DNA from: the human T2T-CHM13v2.0 reference genome, Homo sapiens
Assembly: GCF_009914755.1 (NCBI RefSeq)
Contig: NC_060944.1
Reading direction: 5' to 3' (one strand)
DNA: 64,000 nucleotides
Numbering within the stretch: the stretch's first letter is position 1; every line of letters starts with the position of its first letter. Below the pieces are notes generated by a model. The model was not told the origin of the DNA, did not search any database, and was given only the letters and a program-made list of their open reading frames with translations. Of this stretch, positions 1 to 15,301 are shown piece after piece. The translations under genes and the position numbers were made by a program.

Positions 1-331
1 AAAAATAAGTAAATAAATGAGATATTCTATGTAAGCTGTCAGAGTGAGAGCTCCGTGGATGTTAATGATTATTATTCCTGTTGTTATTATTTCATAAATA
101 TCTGTTGAATACATACTCTGTGCTAAGGCCTTTGTCTGTGTTGTCACTGAATCATCAGAATGGCCTGGTGAGGAATATAGTGTTATTTCTGTTTCACAGA
201 CAGGAAAACCAAGGCAGGTAAAGCACATGGCTGAATGGCAGAGCCCCAATTCTAATCTAGGTCTGTGTGGTAGGCACCAAAACATGTTCCCTCTTCATTA
301 CTTCAACGCACTTTTAAAAATTGAGATAAGG

Positions 332-638
<307 letters not shown>

Positions 639-647
639 TTGAGATAA

Positions 648-905
648 GGCCGGGCGTGGTGTTTGTAGCCTGTAATCCAAAACTTTGGGAGGCCAAGGTA
701 GGCGGATCTCCTGAGGTCAGGAGTTCGAGACCAGCCTGGCCAAAATGGGGAAACCCTGTCTCCACTGAAAATACAAAAATTAGCCAGGTGTAGTGGTGGG
801 CACTTGAAACTGGGTGGTAGAGGTTGCTGTGAGCCGAGATTGTGCCACTGCACTCCAGCCTGGGCAACAAAGCGAGACTCTTTGTCTCAAACAATAAAAA
901 TAAAA
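648..905 (+). mobile_element. Alu (S-type) with a ~45-nt deletion in the right arm
   Basis: gggcacttgaaactggg junction lacks ctgtaatcccagctact...gaatcg. Confidence 0.9.
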
Positions 906-944
906 ATTGAGATAAAATTCACATGACATAAAATTCACCATTTT

Positions 945-1249
<305 letters not shown>

Positions 1250-1481
1250 TCACCATTTTAACTAAAGTATACAATGCAGCTCTTTTTTATTACATTCACA
1301 ATATTGTGTAACCATCGCCACAATCTAGTTACATAACATTTTCGTCATCCCAAAAAGAAACCCTGTACCCATTAAGCAGTCATTCTCCTTTTTCCCCCTC
1401 TCTGGACCCTGGCAACCACTAATCTGCTTTCTATCTCTATGGATTTGACTATTTTGGACATTTCATATAGGGTCAGCCTGG

Positions 1482-1775
1482 GTGACAGGGTCTCACTTTG
1501 TCACCCAGGCTGGAGTAGAGTGATGAAATCACAGCTCACTGCAGCCTCGAACTCCTGGGCTCAAGTGATCCTTCCACCTTAGCCTCCTGAGTAACTGAGA
1601 CTACAGGCACACACCACCATGCCCGGCTAATTTTATTTATTATTATTATTATTTTGTATAGCTGGGGTGTCACTATGTTACCTAGGCTGGTCTTGAACTC
1701 CTGGGCTCCTGCGATCCTCCTGCCTTGGCCTCCCAACGTGCTGGGATTACAGGCATGAGCCACAGGGCCTGGCCT
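1482..1775 (-). mobile_element. Alu (J-type), tail missing
   Basis: ctcctgggctcaagtgatcc diagnostic. Confidence 0.9.
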
Positions 1776-2873
1776 CATTCCTTTGCATTTGGATACCCAG
1801 CTGTCTTAGCACCATTTGTTGAAAAGACTATGCTTCCCCCATTTAATGGTCTTAGCACACTTGTTGAAAATCAATTGACTATAGATGTATAGGTTTATTT
1901 TTGTACTCTTGACTCTATTCAATTGATCGATAAACTTCTTTATTGTAGCTTTGCAGTAAGTTTTGAAATCAGGACATGCGAATCTTTCAACTTTATTTTT
2001 CTTTTTGAATATTGTTTTGACTATTCAGGGTCTCTTGCGATTCCATATGAGGTGTGGGATAAACTTGTCCATTTCTGCAAAAAATGCAGCTCAGATTTTG
2101 AAAGACTTGTATTGAATCTGTTGAGCAATTTGGAGAGTGTTGCTGTCTTAACAATTAAGTCTTCTAATCCATGGACATGGAATGTGTTTCCATTTATTTA
2201 TGTCTTCCTTGATTTCTTTCAACAAGGTTTGGTACTTTTCAGAGGACAAGCCTTTCCTTTCCGTGGTTAAATTTATTGCTAAATGTTTTATTATTTTTGA
2301 TGCTATTGTAAATGGAAATGATTCTTAATATCATTTTCATATTGCTCGTTGCTAATGTACAGAAATACAACTGATTTTTGTGTGTTGATATTGTTGAACT
2401 TTGCTGAACTCATTTTAGTTCTAATAGCTTTCTGTGTATTCTTTAGGTTTTTCTCTATATGAGATCATGTCATCTACAAATAGAAATAGTTTTACCTCTG
2501 CTTTTCCAATCTGGATGCCTTTTATTTATTTTTCTTGCTTAATTGCCCTGGCAAGAACTTTCAGTACAATGTTGATTGGAAGTGATGAGAGTAGGCATCC
2601 TTATCTTATTCCTGATCTTAGGGGGAAAGCTTTCGGCCTTTGTCTTCACCATTAAGTGTGATGTTAGCTGTGGGTTTTGCACAGATGCCTTTTACCAGGT
2701 TGAGAAGTTCTCTCCTCTTCCTAGTTGGCTGAGTGTTTCAGGTTTTGTTTTTTTGTTTGTTTGTTTTTTGTTTAATCAGGAGAGAATGTTGGATGAACTC
2801 TTTTTTACAACTAAAAATCAGCGAAGTCCTCTGTATTTAATTTGGTATAATTATGTGAGACCAAGTTTCATAA

Positions 2874-3186
<313 letters not shown>

Positions 3187-3244
3187 TCATTTCATAATTA
3201 ATGTTTTCAAAGAAGGTTACAAATATATGGCTGGGTATCTTTAA

Positions 3245-3385
3245 CCATGTGACTTTAGTCAATTCCTACTTCTTTGGGCCTCAGTTTCCTCAACTGTAAA
3301 ATGGAGGTGGATAGTAATGCTTACTTCATGGGGCTTAGAGGGATGATGGAGATAAGATGGGATTTTTGTGTGCAAAGGCACTTTG
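3245..3385 (+). mobile_element. MIR
   Basis: Core gggcctcagtttcctcaactgtaaaatggagg. Confidence 0.75.
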
Positions 3386-3461
3386 CAAATAAAAACTATT
3401 CTTCTGTTGCTGCTCTTATTAGAGATACTTTGTGTGTGTATTTTTGTTGTTGTTGTTCGTT

Positions 3462-4480
<1,019 letters not shown>

Positions 4481-4671
4481 TGTGCATTTGTCTGAGAGAC
4501 CAGAAAAATACAGGCCAGCAAAGCCCAGGGCTCTCCAGTATTGAGCCAGTCCACTCTGTGAATCTCTATTTATGGCAGCTGAATTCTCAGCCAGGATGGC
4601 AGCTACTTTGCCCATGTGTCACCACTTCCCATCCCATACCCTGGGTAGACATCACAAATCCATCTTGAGCA

Positions 4672-4970
4672 CTTTTTTTTCTTTTTTTGAGACAGTGTCT
4701 CACTCTGTCACTCAGGCTGGAGGGCAGTTGCATGTTCACAGCTCACTGCAGCCTCAACCTCCTGGGCTCAAGTGATCCTCCTGCCTCAGCCTCTCGAATA
4801 ACTGGGACCATAGGTGTGTGCCACCATGCCCAGGTAATTTTTAATTATTTCTTGAGACTGAGTGTCCCTATGTCGCCCAGGCTGGTCTCAAACTCCTGGG
4901 TTCAAGCAATCTTCCCATCTTGGCCTCCCAAAGTGCTGAGATTACAGGTGTGAGTCGCCATGCCGGGCCA
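4672..4970 (-). mobile_element. Alu (J-type)
   Basis: Antisense dimer; atcttg(a/g)gcactttttttt flanks. Confidence 0.92.
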
Positions 4971-5070
4971 ATCTTGGCACTTTTTTTTACAAGAACTTCT
5001 GATGCAGCCTCAAAATTCTTTTCAACCCAGCGGTCCAGGTGGCCAACACTAATTGCTTGTAGTTGGTACT

Positions 5071-5445
5071 TGATATAGTTTGGCTGTGTCCCCACTCAAA
5101 TCTCATCTTGAATTATATCTCCCATAATTCCCATTGTTGTGGGAGGGACCTGGTACGAGATAATTAAATCATGGCAGCGGTTTCTCCCATACTGTTCTTG
5201 TGGTAGTGAATAAGTGTCATGAGATCTGGTGGTTTTATAAGGAGAAACCCCTTTCTCTTGGCTCTCATTCTCTCTTTGCCCGTTGCTATCCATGTAAGAC
5301 GGGACTTACTCTTCCTTGACTTCTGCCATGATTGTGAGGCTTCCCCTGCCATATGGAACTATAAGTCCAATTAAACCTCTTTCTTTTTGTAGATTGCCCA
5401 GTCTTGGGTATGCCTTTATCAGAAGCATGAAAACAGACTAATACA
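5071..5445 (+). mobile_element. THE1-type MaLR solo LTR (375 bp)
   Basis: TGATATAGTTTGGCTGTGTCCCCAC...CAGACTAATACA termini; perfect 5-bp TSD GTACT at 5066-5070 and 5446-5450. Confidence 0.93.
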
Positions 5446-6217
5446 GTACTCAAGATTAAATCTGAGGCTTCTGCTGTCATATCCCCAAGATATTTTTCTG
5501 GGCTCCCAGAGTTAGAACATGAGGGGCTCTGTTATCACCCTCAGTTTACCACACAGCTGTATGAAACTGATGGTGGTGAGGTCCACAGCATCTTCCTGTT
5601 CATATATCCTTTGGGTAATGGCTCCAACCCAGCAAGTGTTTTGCTACCTATGTACCTGGGAGCAACTTGACTTAGATAAGAGGTGATGAGGCAGACTGCT
5701 TAGATGTGGAGGGGCTGCTGCACCCATGAGGTGGCTTGACTGAAGCCTCTTTGTTTTTCTCTTTTACTTTGCTAAAACATTGCAGTGTCTCAATTACGGA
5801 ACAAACACAAATGTGACTTAATGTTTAACAATACTCCTGTGAATTCTTGACAGTTCTAGCATGTCTCTCACATTTGAAAAACTTATTCCAACCACAAAAT
5901 TGGGTGAAATGAACTCTACCATCCTCTGGGAATGGCTGCCTGTATGTGCAGGGTTGGAGGTTGTGGCTGATTAAAACAACAACAACATCCAACTCATGGC
6001 TTTTGTCCAAATGTAAATCATAGTCTGAGGGAGGAGATAAGACTCACATATAAACTAATAGAGGAAAAGTCCAGCTAAGCTCTCATTTATTTGAAACTCT
6101 GATCCTGAGCAACTTCACATATTTGAAAAGTACAGGAAGGAATAAAAAATACCTTTGAGAAGCTGTATTTTTCTTCATGGGAGAGCATTTCAGCTCCTCA
6201 TTTAGAATTGGTTTATT

Positions 6218-6524
<307 letters not shown>

Positions 6525-7256
6525 TATTCTTTGTTTTCATGCAAGGTTAACACATGCAAAAGATTGGAAGCAGCAAATTAGAATGGTAGGCTTGGGGCAA
6601 CTACTGGCTACTAACAGCAGCCTCACTGCTAATGGATGGAGAAGTGATTTTTTCCCCCTTTTTATCCACCACTAAGAGTCTAGAGAAGTGATGCTTGACA
6701 CCAAAGACAATGGAAAAACAATGAAATGTGGTACCACAATTAGCTGCGTCTGTTTATTGCAGAGGCAAAAAAGTCCTCAACGCTTCTGCCACTTTTGAAA
6801 GTTCTGAGTCTGGTTCAATTCTTATTGCCTATAAAGATGACAGAATACCTAAGAATAAAATACACATTTTTGAGCATCCGCTAGGTGCCAAGTCTATGCT
6901 CAGCAAGTACTTTACATTCTATATCTCACATAAGCTTCAGGTGGTCCTGTTACGATCATCTCCAGTTTATACTTGCAGGAAGGGAGGCACAGAAAGTAGG
7001 GGAAATAACTTGCCCAAGTAAGTAGTCAAGGCTGGGTTTTGAACCTTTGCTATCAAAGTTCAGTGCCAAGGCCCTTAGCTTCTGCTAGGTTTCAAAGGAT
7101 CTGTTAGGTGAATGAAGAGTAGAAAGGCATTCCAGGTAGAGGGAAGAACATTTGCAAAGACAGGTCTAGTCAGTCAGTCACTTGATTTCTCTGAATCTTG
7201 GTTTACTCCCCTATAAAATAGGAACAGTATTATCTGTCCTAGGCTGCTTATGATAA

Positions 7257-7565
<309 letters not shown>

Positions 7566-8189
7566 AAATGTGATATTATATGTACAGCACTTTGCACAAT
7601 GCCAGAATGTGCATCGATGGTGCAATCACAGAATGTGCATCAATGTTAATTATTGTTGTTTTTCAAATACAATAGTTCTCCTTTATCCTCAGGTGTACCT
7701 GCAAGTGGATGCCTGAAAACATAAATAGTACTGAACTTTATATATACTGTGTTTTTTCTATATATATACATCTATGATAAAGTTTAATTTATAAATTAGG
7801 CACAGTAAGAGATTAATAACAACTATTAATAAAATGGGACAATTATAACAATATACTGTATTCAGTTTTGTGAATGTGGTCTCTCTCTCAAAATGTCTTA
7901 CTGTACTGTATTCACCCTTCTTCTTGAGATTATGCGTGATGTCAAAATCCCTATGTGATGAGATGAAGTAAGGTGAATGACACAGGCATTATGAGGTAGT
8001 GTTAGGCTACTACTGACCATCTGAGATGTCAGGAGGACCATCTGCTTTGGGTGATCCTGGATCATTGAGCTATGACGATGTCAGTGGTTGGATATCAGGA
8101 TCAGACGATGTCAACCAATGATTGGGGGTCCTTGGATAATTGCGTTTTTGCCAAAAACTTTTGGAAGAACATTATTACTGGAAGTTGTC

Positions 8190-8806
<617 letters not shown>

Positions 8807-9154
8807 TCTTTCTTTTTAATTCATAGAAGTGTGGCTGCAGAAGTTGTAATCCTTTGGTGACCACACGAGTGGTTTTAATGCTGTGTTCTATCTGAGGATT
8901 GAATTCCATAATTTTGTCCTTTAATGTCTGTGCAATTTGAAACACTCGGCAAATTTTGATAACACCCATATTGCTGGTTCTGTTTCTGTTTCTCCTTCAT
9001 TTTCCTCTTTCTTTGTAGATGACTTGACAAGTTCTTCCAATTCCACATTTGTTAACACTTCCCAGTGGCCTTCAATATGATCTTCCACTTCTTCATCAAG
9101 CATGTCCCCAAATCCTTCTCCACCAACTTGTCTTGCTGTAGCCTCTCCAGTAAT

Positions 9155-10382
<1,228 letters not shown>

Positions 10383-11446
10383 ATCCAGTAATTTTTATAT
10401 TTTGCAGTCTAAACCTATTCCTAAGTCAGTGCAACCATCCATTACTTTCAGTAAGTGGCTTGGTGCCACTGGTTTTAGGAGATTCCTTGCTGAAGCCTTT
10501 ATACAGGCTCAATGCTTTCTGGGGGGTAACAGGTTGCTGTCAGTTGGAACACATTTTTTGTTCGTGTCTTCCACGTATAAGCTTAATGCTTTTTCTTTTC
10601 TTTTGTAAAAAAATTTATTTTCTTTTTTTCCCCTGTAAGTAAGGATACAACTTAATGCCTTTTCTATCTTAACTAAGCACTTATCACACACTGTGGCTGT
10701 AACTTTTGCAGTTTGAGGTACGACAGCAAAACCAGCATGAATTTCTTTTTCCTCTTTCACAATTCTAGGGCTAGAAGATTCGTTCTTACTGCAGACCTCA
10801 GTAAGCTCAGCATACGATTTTTTTTCTTAAGCTCAGAACTTCCACATTTACATTTAAAGGAAGCACTTTACAGCTTCATTTTGGCATATCCAAACTGCCA
10901 GCATTACTACTCTTGCACTTTGGGGCCATTATATAGTAAAATGAGGGTTACTCGAACCAAAGCACTGCAACACCGTGGCAGTCCATCTGATAACTCCTAA
11001 GCTGGTAAGTAACTAACAGATGGTAGAGGTATGTTGGACAAAGGGATGATTCACATTGCAGGTAGGATGGAACAGGATAGCACGAGATTTCATTAGGCCA
11101 ATGGAAATTAAAAACTTATGAACTGTTTATTTCTGGAATTTTCTATTTAATACTGTCAGACCTTAGCTGGCCAAGTGAAACTACTCAAAGTAAAATCTCA
11201 GATAAGGGGGACACTACCGTACTTAACTGGAGAAGATACTGCTTTGCTTCTGTGACCACAGAATTGACAGGTTGAAATTGGAAACAACTGTTGCCTTCAC
11301 GCTTTTAAGACAACTTCACATGAATATACATGTGAAGTTCAAGCATGGCAGTATCCCATACTAGCAATAAATTTTTGAGCAGTGTTGCACACTTACTGTC
11401 ATTTCTCTTACTGTTCTGCCACTCCTACAGAGCGCAGGCCAAGGAG

Positions 11447-11466
11447 ACTACATTTCCCAGAATGCC
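11447..11466 (+). promoter_or_regulatory. ZNF143/THAP11 (SBS) motif ACTACATTTCCCAGAATGCC
   Basis: Near-perfect match to the established ACTACAnnTCCCAnnATGC promoter motif. Confidence 0.85.
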
Positions 11467-11526
11467 ACACGCCCTTTGACCCCAGCTACAGCAAAAGACG
11501 CGCCGGGGAGCGCCTGAAGCCGGAAG

Positions 11527-11546
11527 ACTATAGCTTCCCGGCATGC
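11527..11546 (+). promoter_or_regulatory. Degenerate ZNF143 SBS-like motif ACTATAGCTTCCCGGCATGC
   Basis: ACTAYA...TCCC.GCATGC with one extra spacer base. Confidence 0.55.
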
Positions 11547-11589
11547 AGCACGCTTCCCCCTATTAGATTTGAGGCGCGGCCGGCGCGTT

Positions 11590-11608
11590 GCCCACTGGGA
11601 GTTGTAGT
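11590..11608 (-). promoter_or_regulatory. ZNF143 SBS motif ACTACAACTCCCAGTGGGC (minus strand)
   Basis: Reverse complement of gcccactgggagttgtagt. Confidence 0.8.
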
Positions 11609-11760
11609 CAGTGGCGCGTTGCCCTGACGCCTGCCGGGCCGGGCGTGGGGGCCTGTGGGAGGTGGCGCGGCCGGGCCCAGCTGCGGGGCGGAGGCGGAGG
11701 CGGAGGAGAGGCCTGCGGCGGCAGGGAGCGGCGGGACTGGGAGCGGGCGCCGGAGCCGAC

Positions 11761-11785
11761 CCGAGCCGAGCCGAGCCGAGCCGAG
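11761..11785 (+). repeat. (CCGAG)5 pentanucleotide repeat in the 5' UTR, with degenerate flanking units (11751-11791)
   Basis: ccgag x5 read directly; flanked by cggag ccgac and ccggag. Confidence 0.95.
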
Positions 11786-11825
11786 CCGGAGCGGGCGGCG
11801 AAGGCCGGCGCGGCGAGCAGCAACC

Positions 11826-12015
11826 ATGTCGGTGTTCGGGAAGCTGTTCGGGGCTGGAGGGGGTAAGGCCGGCAAGGGCGGCCCGACCCCCCAGGAGGCC
11901 ATCCAGCGGCTGCGGGACACGGAAGAGATGTTAAGCAAGAAACAGGAGTTCCTGGAGAAGAAAATCGAGCAGGAGCTGACGGCCGCCAAGAAGCACGGCA
12001 CCAAAAACAAGCGCG
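11826..12015 (+). CDS. CHMP4B: CHMP4B coding exon 1 (codons 1-63 plus 1 nt)
   Basis: gcaaccATGT start; translates MSVFGKLFGAGGGKAGKGGPTPQEAIQRLRDTEEMLSKKQEFLEKKIEQELTAAKKHGTKNKR, the recognisable CHMP4B N-terminus; donor CGCG|gtgagg at 12015/12016. Confidence 0.99.
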
Positions 12016-13239
12016 GTGAGGCTGCCCGGCCCCTTCAGACTTGCCACGGGCTCCCCCCAGGCTCCCCGGGCCCGGACTTCACCTTCATCAGACTCGCCTC
12101 GGGGTCTGGTCTGACCCTGGAACTCTCCGGGTCAGACTTCTTGCCGGGTCTGGGACCCCCTCCCCGACTCCCTTCAATGTCTCCCCGATCCCTGGACTTT
12201 TCCATCGTCAGACTTATTCTGCCCTCTCCCCTCAGCCTCTCTCCACCCCGCCAGGTCCCTTCAGACCCCAATCTCACAGCACTTTCCTCCGCCCTCACTC
12301 TGTCCCTTTCTCTTCCGCCTTTTCCTTCTCGCCTCACCCACCTGCCTAGCTACTGCCCCTGCCTCCTCCTCGGCTCATTTCTGCCCCCATCCTAGCATTT
12401 CTGTGCTTCCTGGTCCTACCTGTGCCCTCTCCCGACTCCTCGGTGGAATCTGTGAGCTGCCCCTTGGCCTCTCCCCTGTCCTCTTGTCTCAGAATTCTCG
12501 TTGAAAAGCCTCCTTGCTGGAGAGAAAAGGGGACTGGGGGAGATGAGACCCCCGATTCCTGCTCTATTCACTTGCTGAGTGAACTTGAGCAAGTTGCTTT
12601 CCCTTTGAGGCCTCAGTTTCCCCATCCGTCAGCCAGAGTTCGGCCTCTGTTGAGGCCTAAGGTGTTTTCCAGCGTTGTGATTCACTTTTTGTTGCCTCGT
12701 AGCTTGACCTTACCAAAGTTTCCCGTGGCGCAAGCCTTCACCCCATGACTCACCGCTTCCCCATCCGTCTGAACCAGAAATAGAGACTCCCGACTGCTCC
12801 CCAGTCCCCACTACTAGGATTCAGGGCCCCAGTATTGAATCTTGAGGCACTGCTTACTTTACTTCCTGTTGTCGTATGGCTTTCTGGGCATTCCAAGTGC
12901 TTTGTGTTTTTCTTAAGTGAGATGAATGTGAAAATGCTTTAAAACTGTAAAGCAGTTTAGAAATGTTTGCTTTTTCTTGTTATGGCCATGTGAGAGTGAA
13001 TCACAGAACGACATCCCTTCCCCTTGAGAGGGGTTTAGGATTGAGGTAATTCACTCAGAAGTCTGCTAGTGACTAGCAGTGCGACCTTGAGCTCATTTAC
13101 CTTTCTGAAAGGAAAATCATGGATTTACAGTGCTCAGCACATAGTAGGGGCTAAATCGATGTTTTCTCCATTCTAATAGGAGAACAAAATAGCCTATCTG
13201 GAGGATGCTTCTCTGCTGATAGTCAACAGATATTCTGGA

Positions 13240-13870
13240 AATTCTTTTTAGTGCCTGCTGCATGCGCTGTATTCATAGGGGTGAACAAAACACGGCCTCA
13301 ACCCTAATGGGAGAGAAGACAGAAACAGGAAAATAAATGAAGAAAATATTGTCCGGGGGTGATAAGTACTAAACACACAAAAAGATGGTCTGATAGGGAG
13401 TGGTGGAGTGGGAGGGATGCCACTTTGGATAGAATGGTCAGGGAAGGCGTCTTTGAAAAGGTAAAGTTTGAACTGAGTCTGGAGAAGGAACCAGCTCTGT
13501 AAAAAAAAAAAAAAAAGGGGGAGGAGCCTTCTGGGCGTGGAAAGCAGCATGGGAAAAGGCTCGGAGGTTAGCAGGTTGTAAGAAACCGAAGAGAGAGACC
13601 CTTGTGTCCAGAATGTAGTGCTTGGAGGGAGAGTGGTATGGAATAAAGGGGGCGGGGCTTGGACTTTGAACCTGTTGGTGAAGAGTTTGAATTTTATTCC
13701 AAGTGGATGGAAAGTTTTTGGAGAGTATTTTGTTGGAACGTGTCCTTATTGACAGAGTTTTTAAAACATCATCTGGCTGCTCTTTGGAGAGTGGGTGGGG
13801 GATGCGGGTGGGAGCAGGGAGAACAGTGAGGAGGCAGCTGCAGTGGTCCATTTGTGGCTTGGACTCCAGC
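13240..13870 (-). mobile_element. L2 fragment
   Basis: atggtcagggaaggcgtctttgaaaaggtaaagtttgaactgag; catcatctggctgctctttggagagtgg. Confidence 0.7.
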
Positions 13871-13874
13871 TTAG

Positions 13875-14387
<513 letters not shown>

Positions 14388-15001
14388 GTTTCTGCAGTTT
14401 TGGCGATCGAATTGACTTTCAAGGGGCTGCAGGAGAGCTCGCCAGCCAACTGTGGAGGACCAATCTCAGTTGTCAGACTTGCTGAAGGCAGGCTGTCTCC
14501 CTGAGTTTGCTTGAGAGGATGGGAGCTACTGTAACCTACCCTTCTTTTTAGCATCCTCTAGGAGGAAGGTCTTAGTGTGGGGAGGTGAACACTACCACAT
14601 TACCATTCAGTTAGTCTGCTTATTCACCTGCCACTATGCTGGGACCTTGAGAGTCAGAGATGAAAATACACTGTGTCAGCCCTTCAGGAACTCAGAATTG
14701 GAAGTGTGGGGTGGGAGTGTATGTGCGTGTGAGAGAGCAGGAAATGATTATAACAGTGCAGAAACATGAGTGTGTACATGGGCTGAGGCTGCAGAGGAGG
14801 CGGCACCTGTTTGGGGGGAAGGATAAAGAAGACTTGGCAGAGGAAGGAGAACGTGAGGTGGGTCAGCAAGGAGTTGGGTGTGTTTGGGAGGCAGTGACAG
14901 TGTCGCCTCTGGAGTCTGTGGGTGGGACAGGAGATAACACTGAGAGTGGCCTGTAGTCTTTGGACCTTGACCTGGAAGTAGTGAGGAGCCCTTAGCTGTC
15001 C

Positions 15002-15301
15002 TTTATTTTTATTTATTCATTCACTTTAAGCAACAGGGTCTTGCTCTGACATCCAGGCCGAAGTGCAGTGGTGCAGTTATAGCTCAGTGCAGCCTGGCAC
15101 TCCTGGGCTCAAATGATCCTCTCACTTCAGCCTCCTGAGTAGCTAGGACTTCAGGCACATGCCTAGCTAATTCAAAACATTTTTTTTTGTAGGGACAAGG
15201 TCTCGCTCTGTTGCCCAGGCTGGTCTCAAACTCCTGGCCTCGAGCGATTCTCCCGTATTAGCCTCCCAAAGTGTTGGGATTACAGCCACTGTGCTCAGCC
15301 C
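15002..15301 (-). mobile_element. Alu (J-type)
   Basis: Diverged antisense dimer. Confidence 0.88.

Larger units (their letters stand above)
11430..12200. promoter_or_regulatory. CpG island / CHMP4B promoter and 5' UTR
   Basis: Abrupt rise in GC and CpG density around exon 1; GC boxes (GGGGCGGAG 11685-11693); no obvious TATA box. Confidence 0.92.

Noticed and set aside
7602-7645. Short direct repeat cagaatgtgcatc(g/a)atg x2
   Set aside because: Trivial local duplication in a decayed MIR tail
11528-12337. Several overlapping antisense or alternate-frame ORFs in the CpG island
   Set aside because: Expected stop-codon depletion in GC-rich DNA; low-complexity Arg/Pro/Gly products with no recognisable family
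11655-12395. 246-aa ORF spanning exon 1
   Set aside because: It is the 5' leader from a GTG, plus exon 1, plus read-through into GC/pyrimidine-rich intron 1; the true CDS starts at 11826 and splices at 12015
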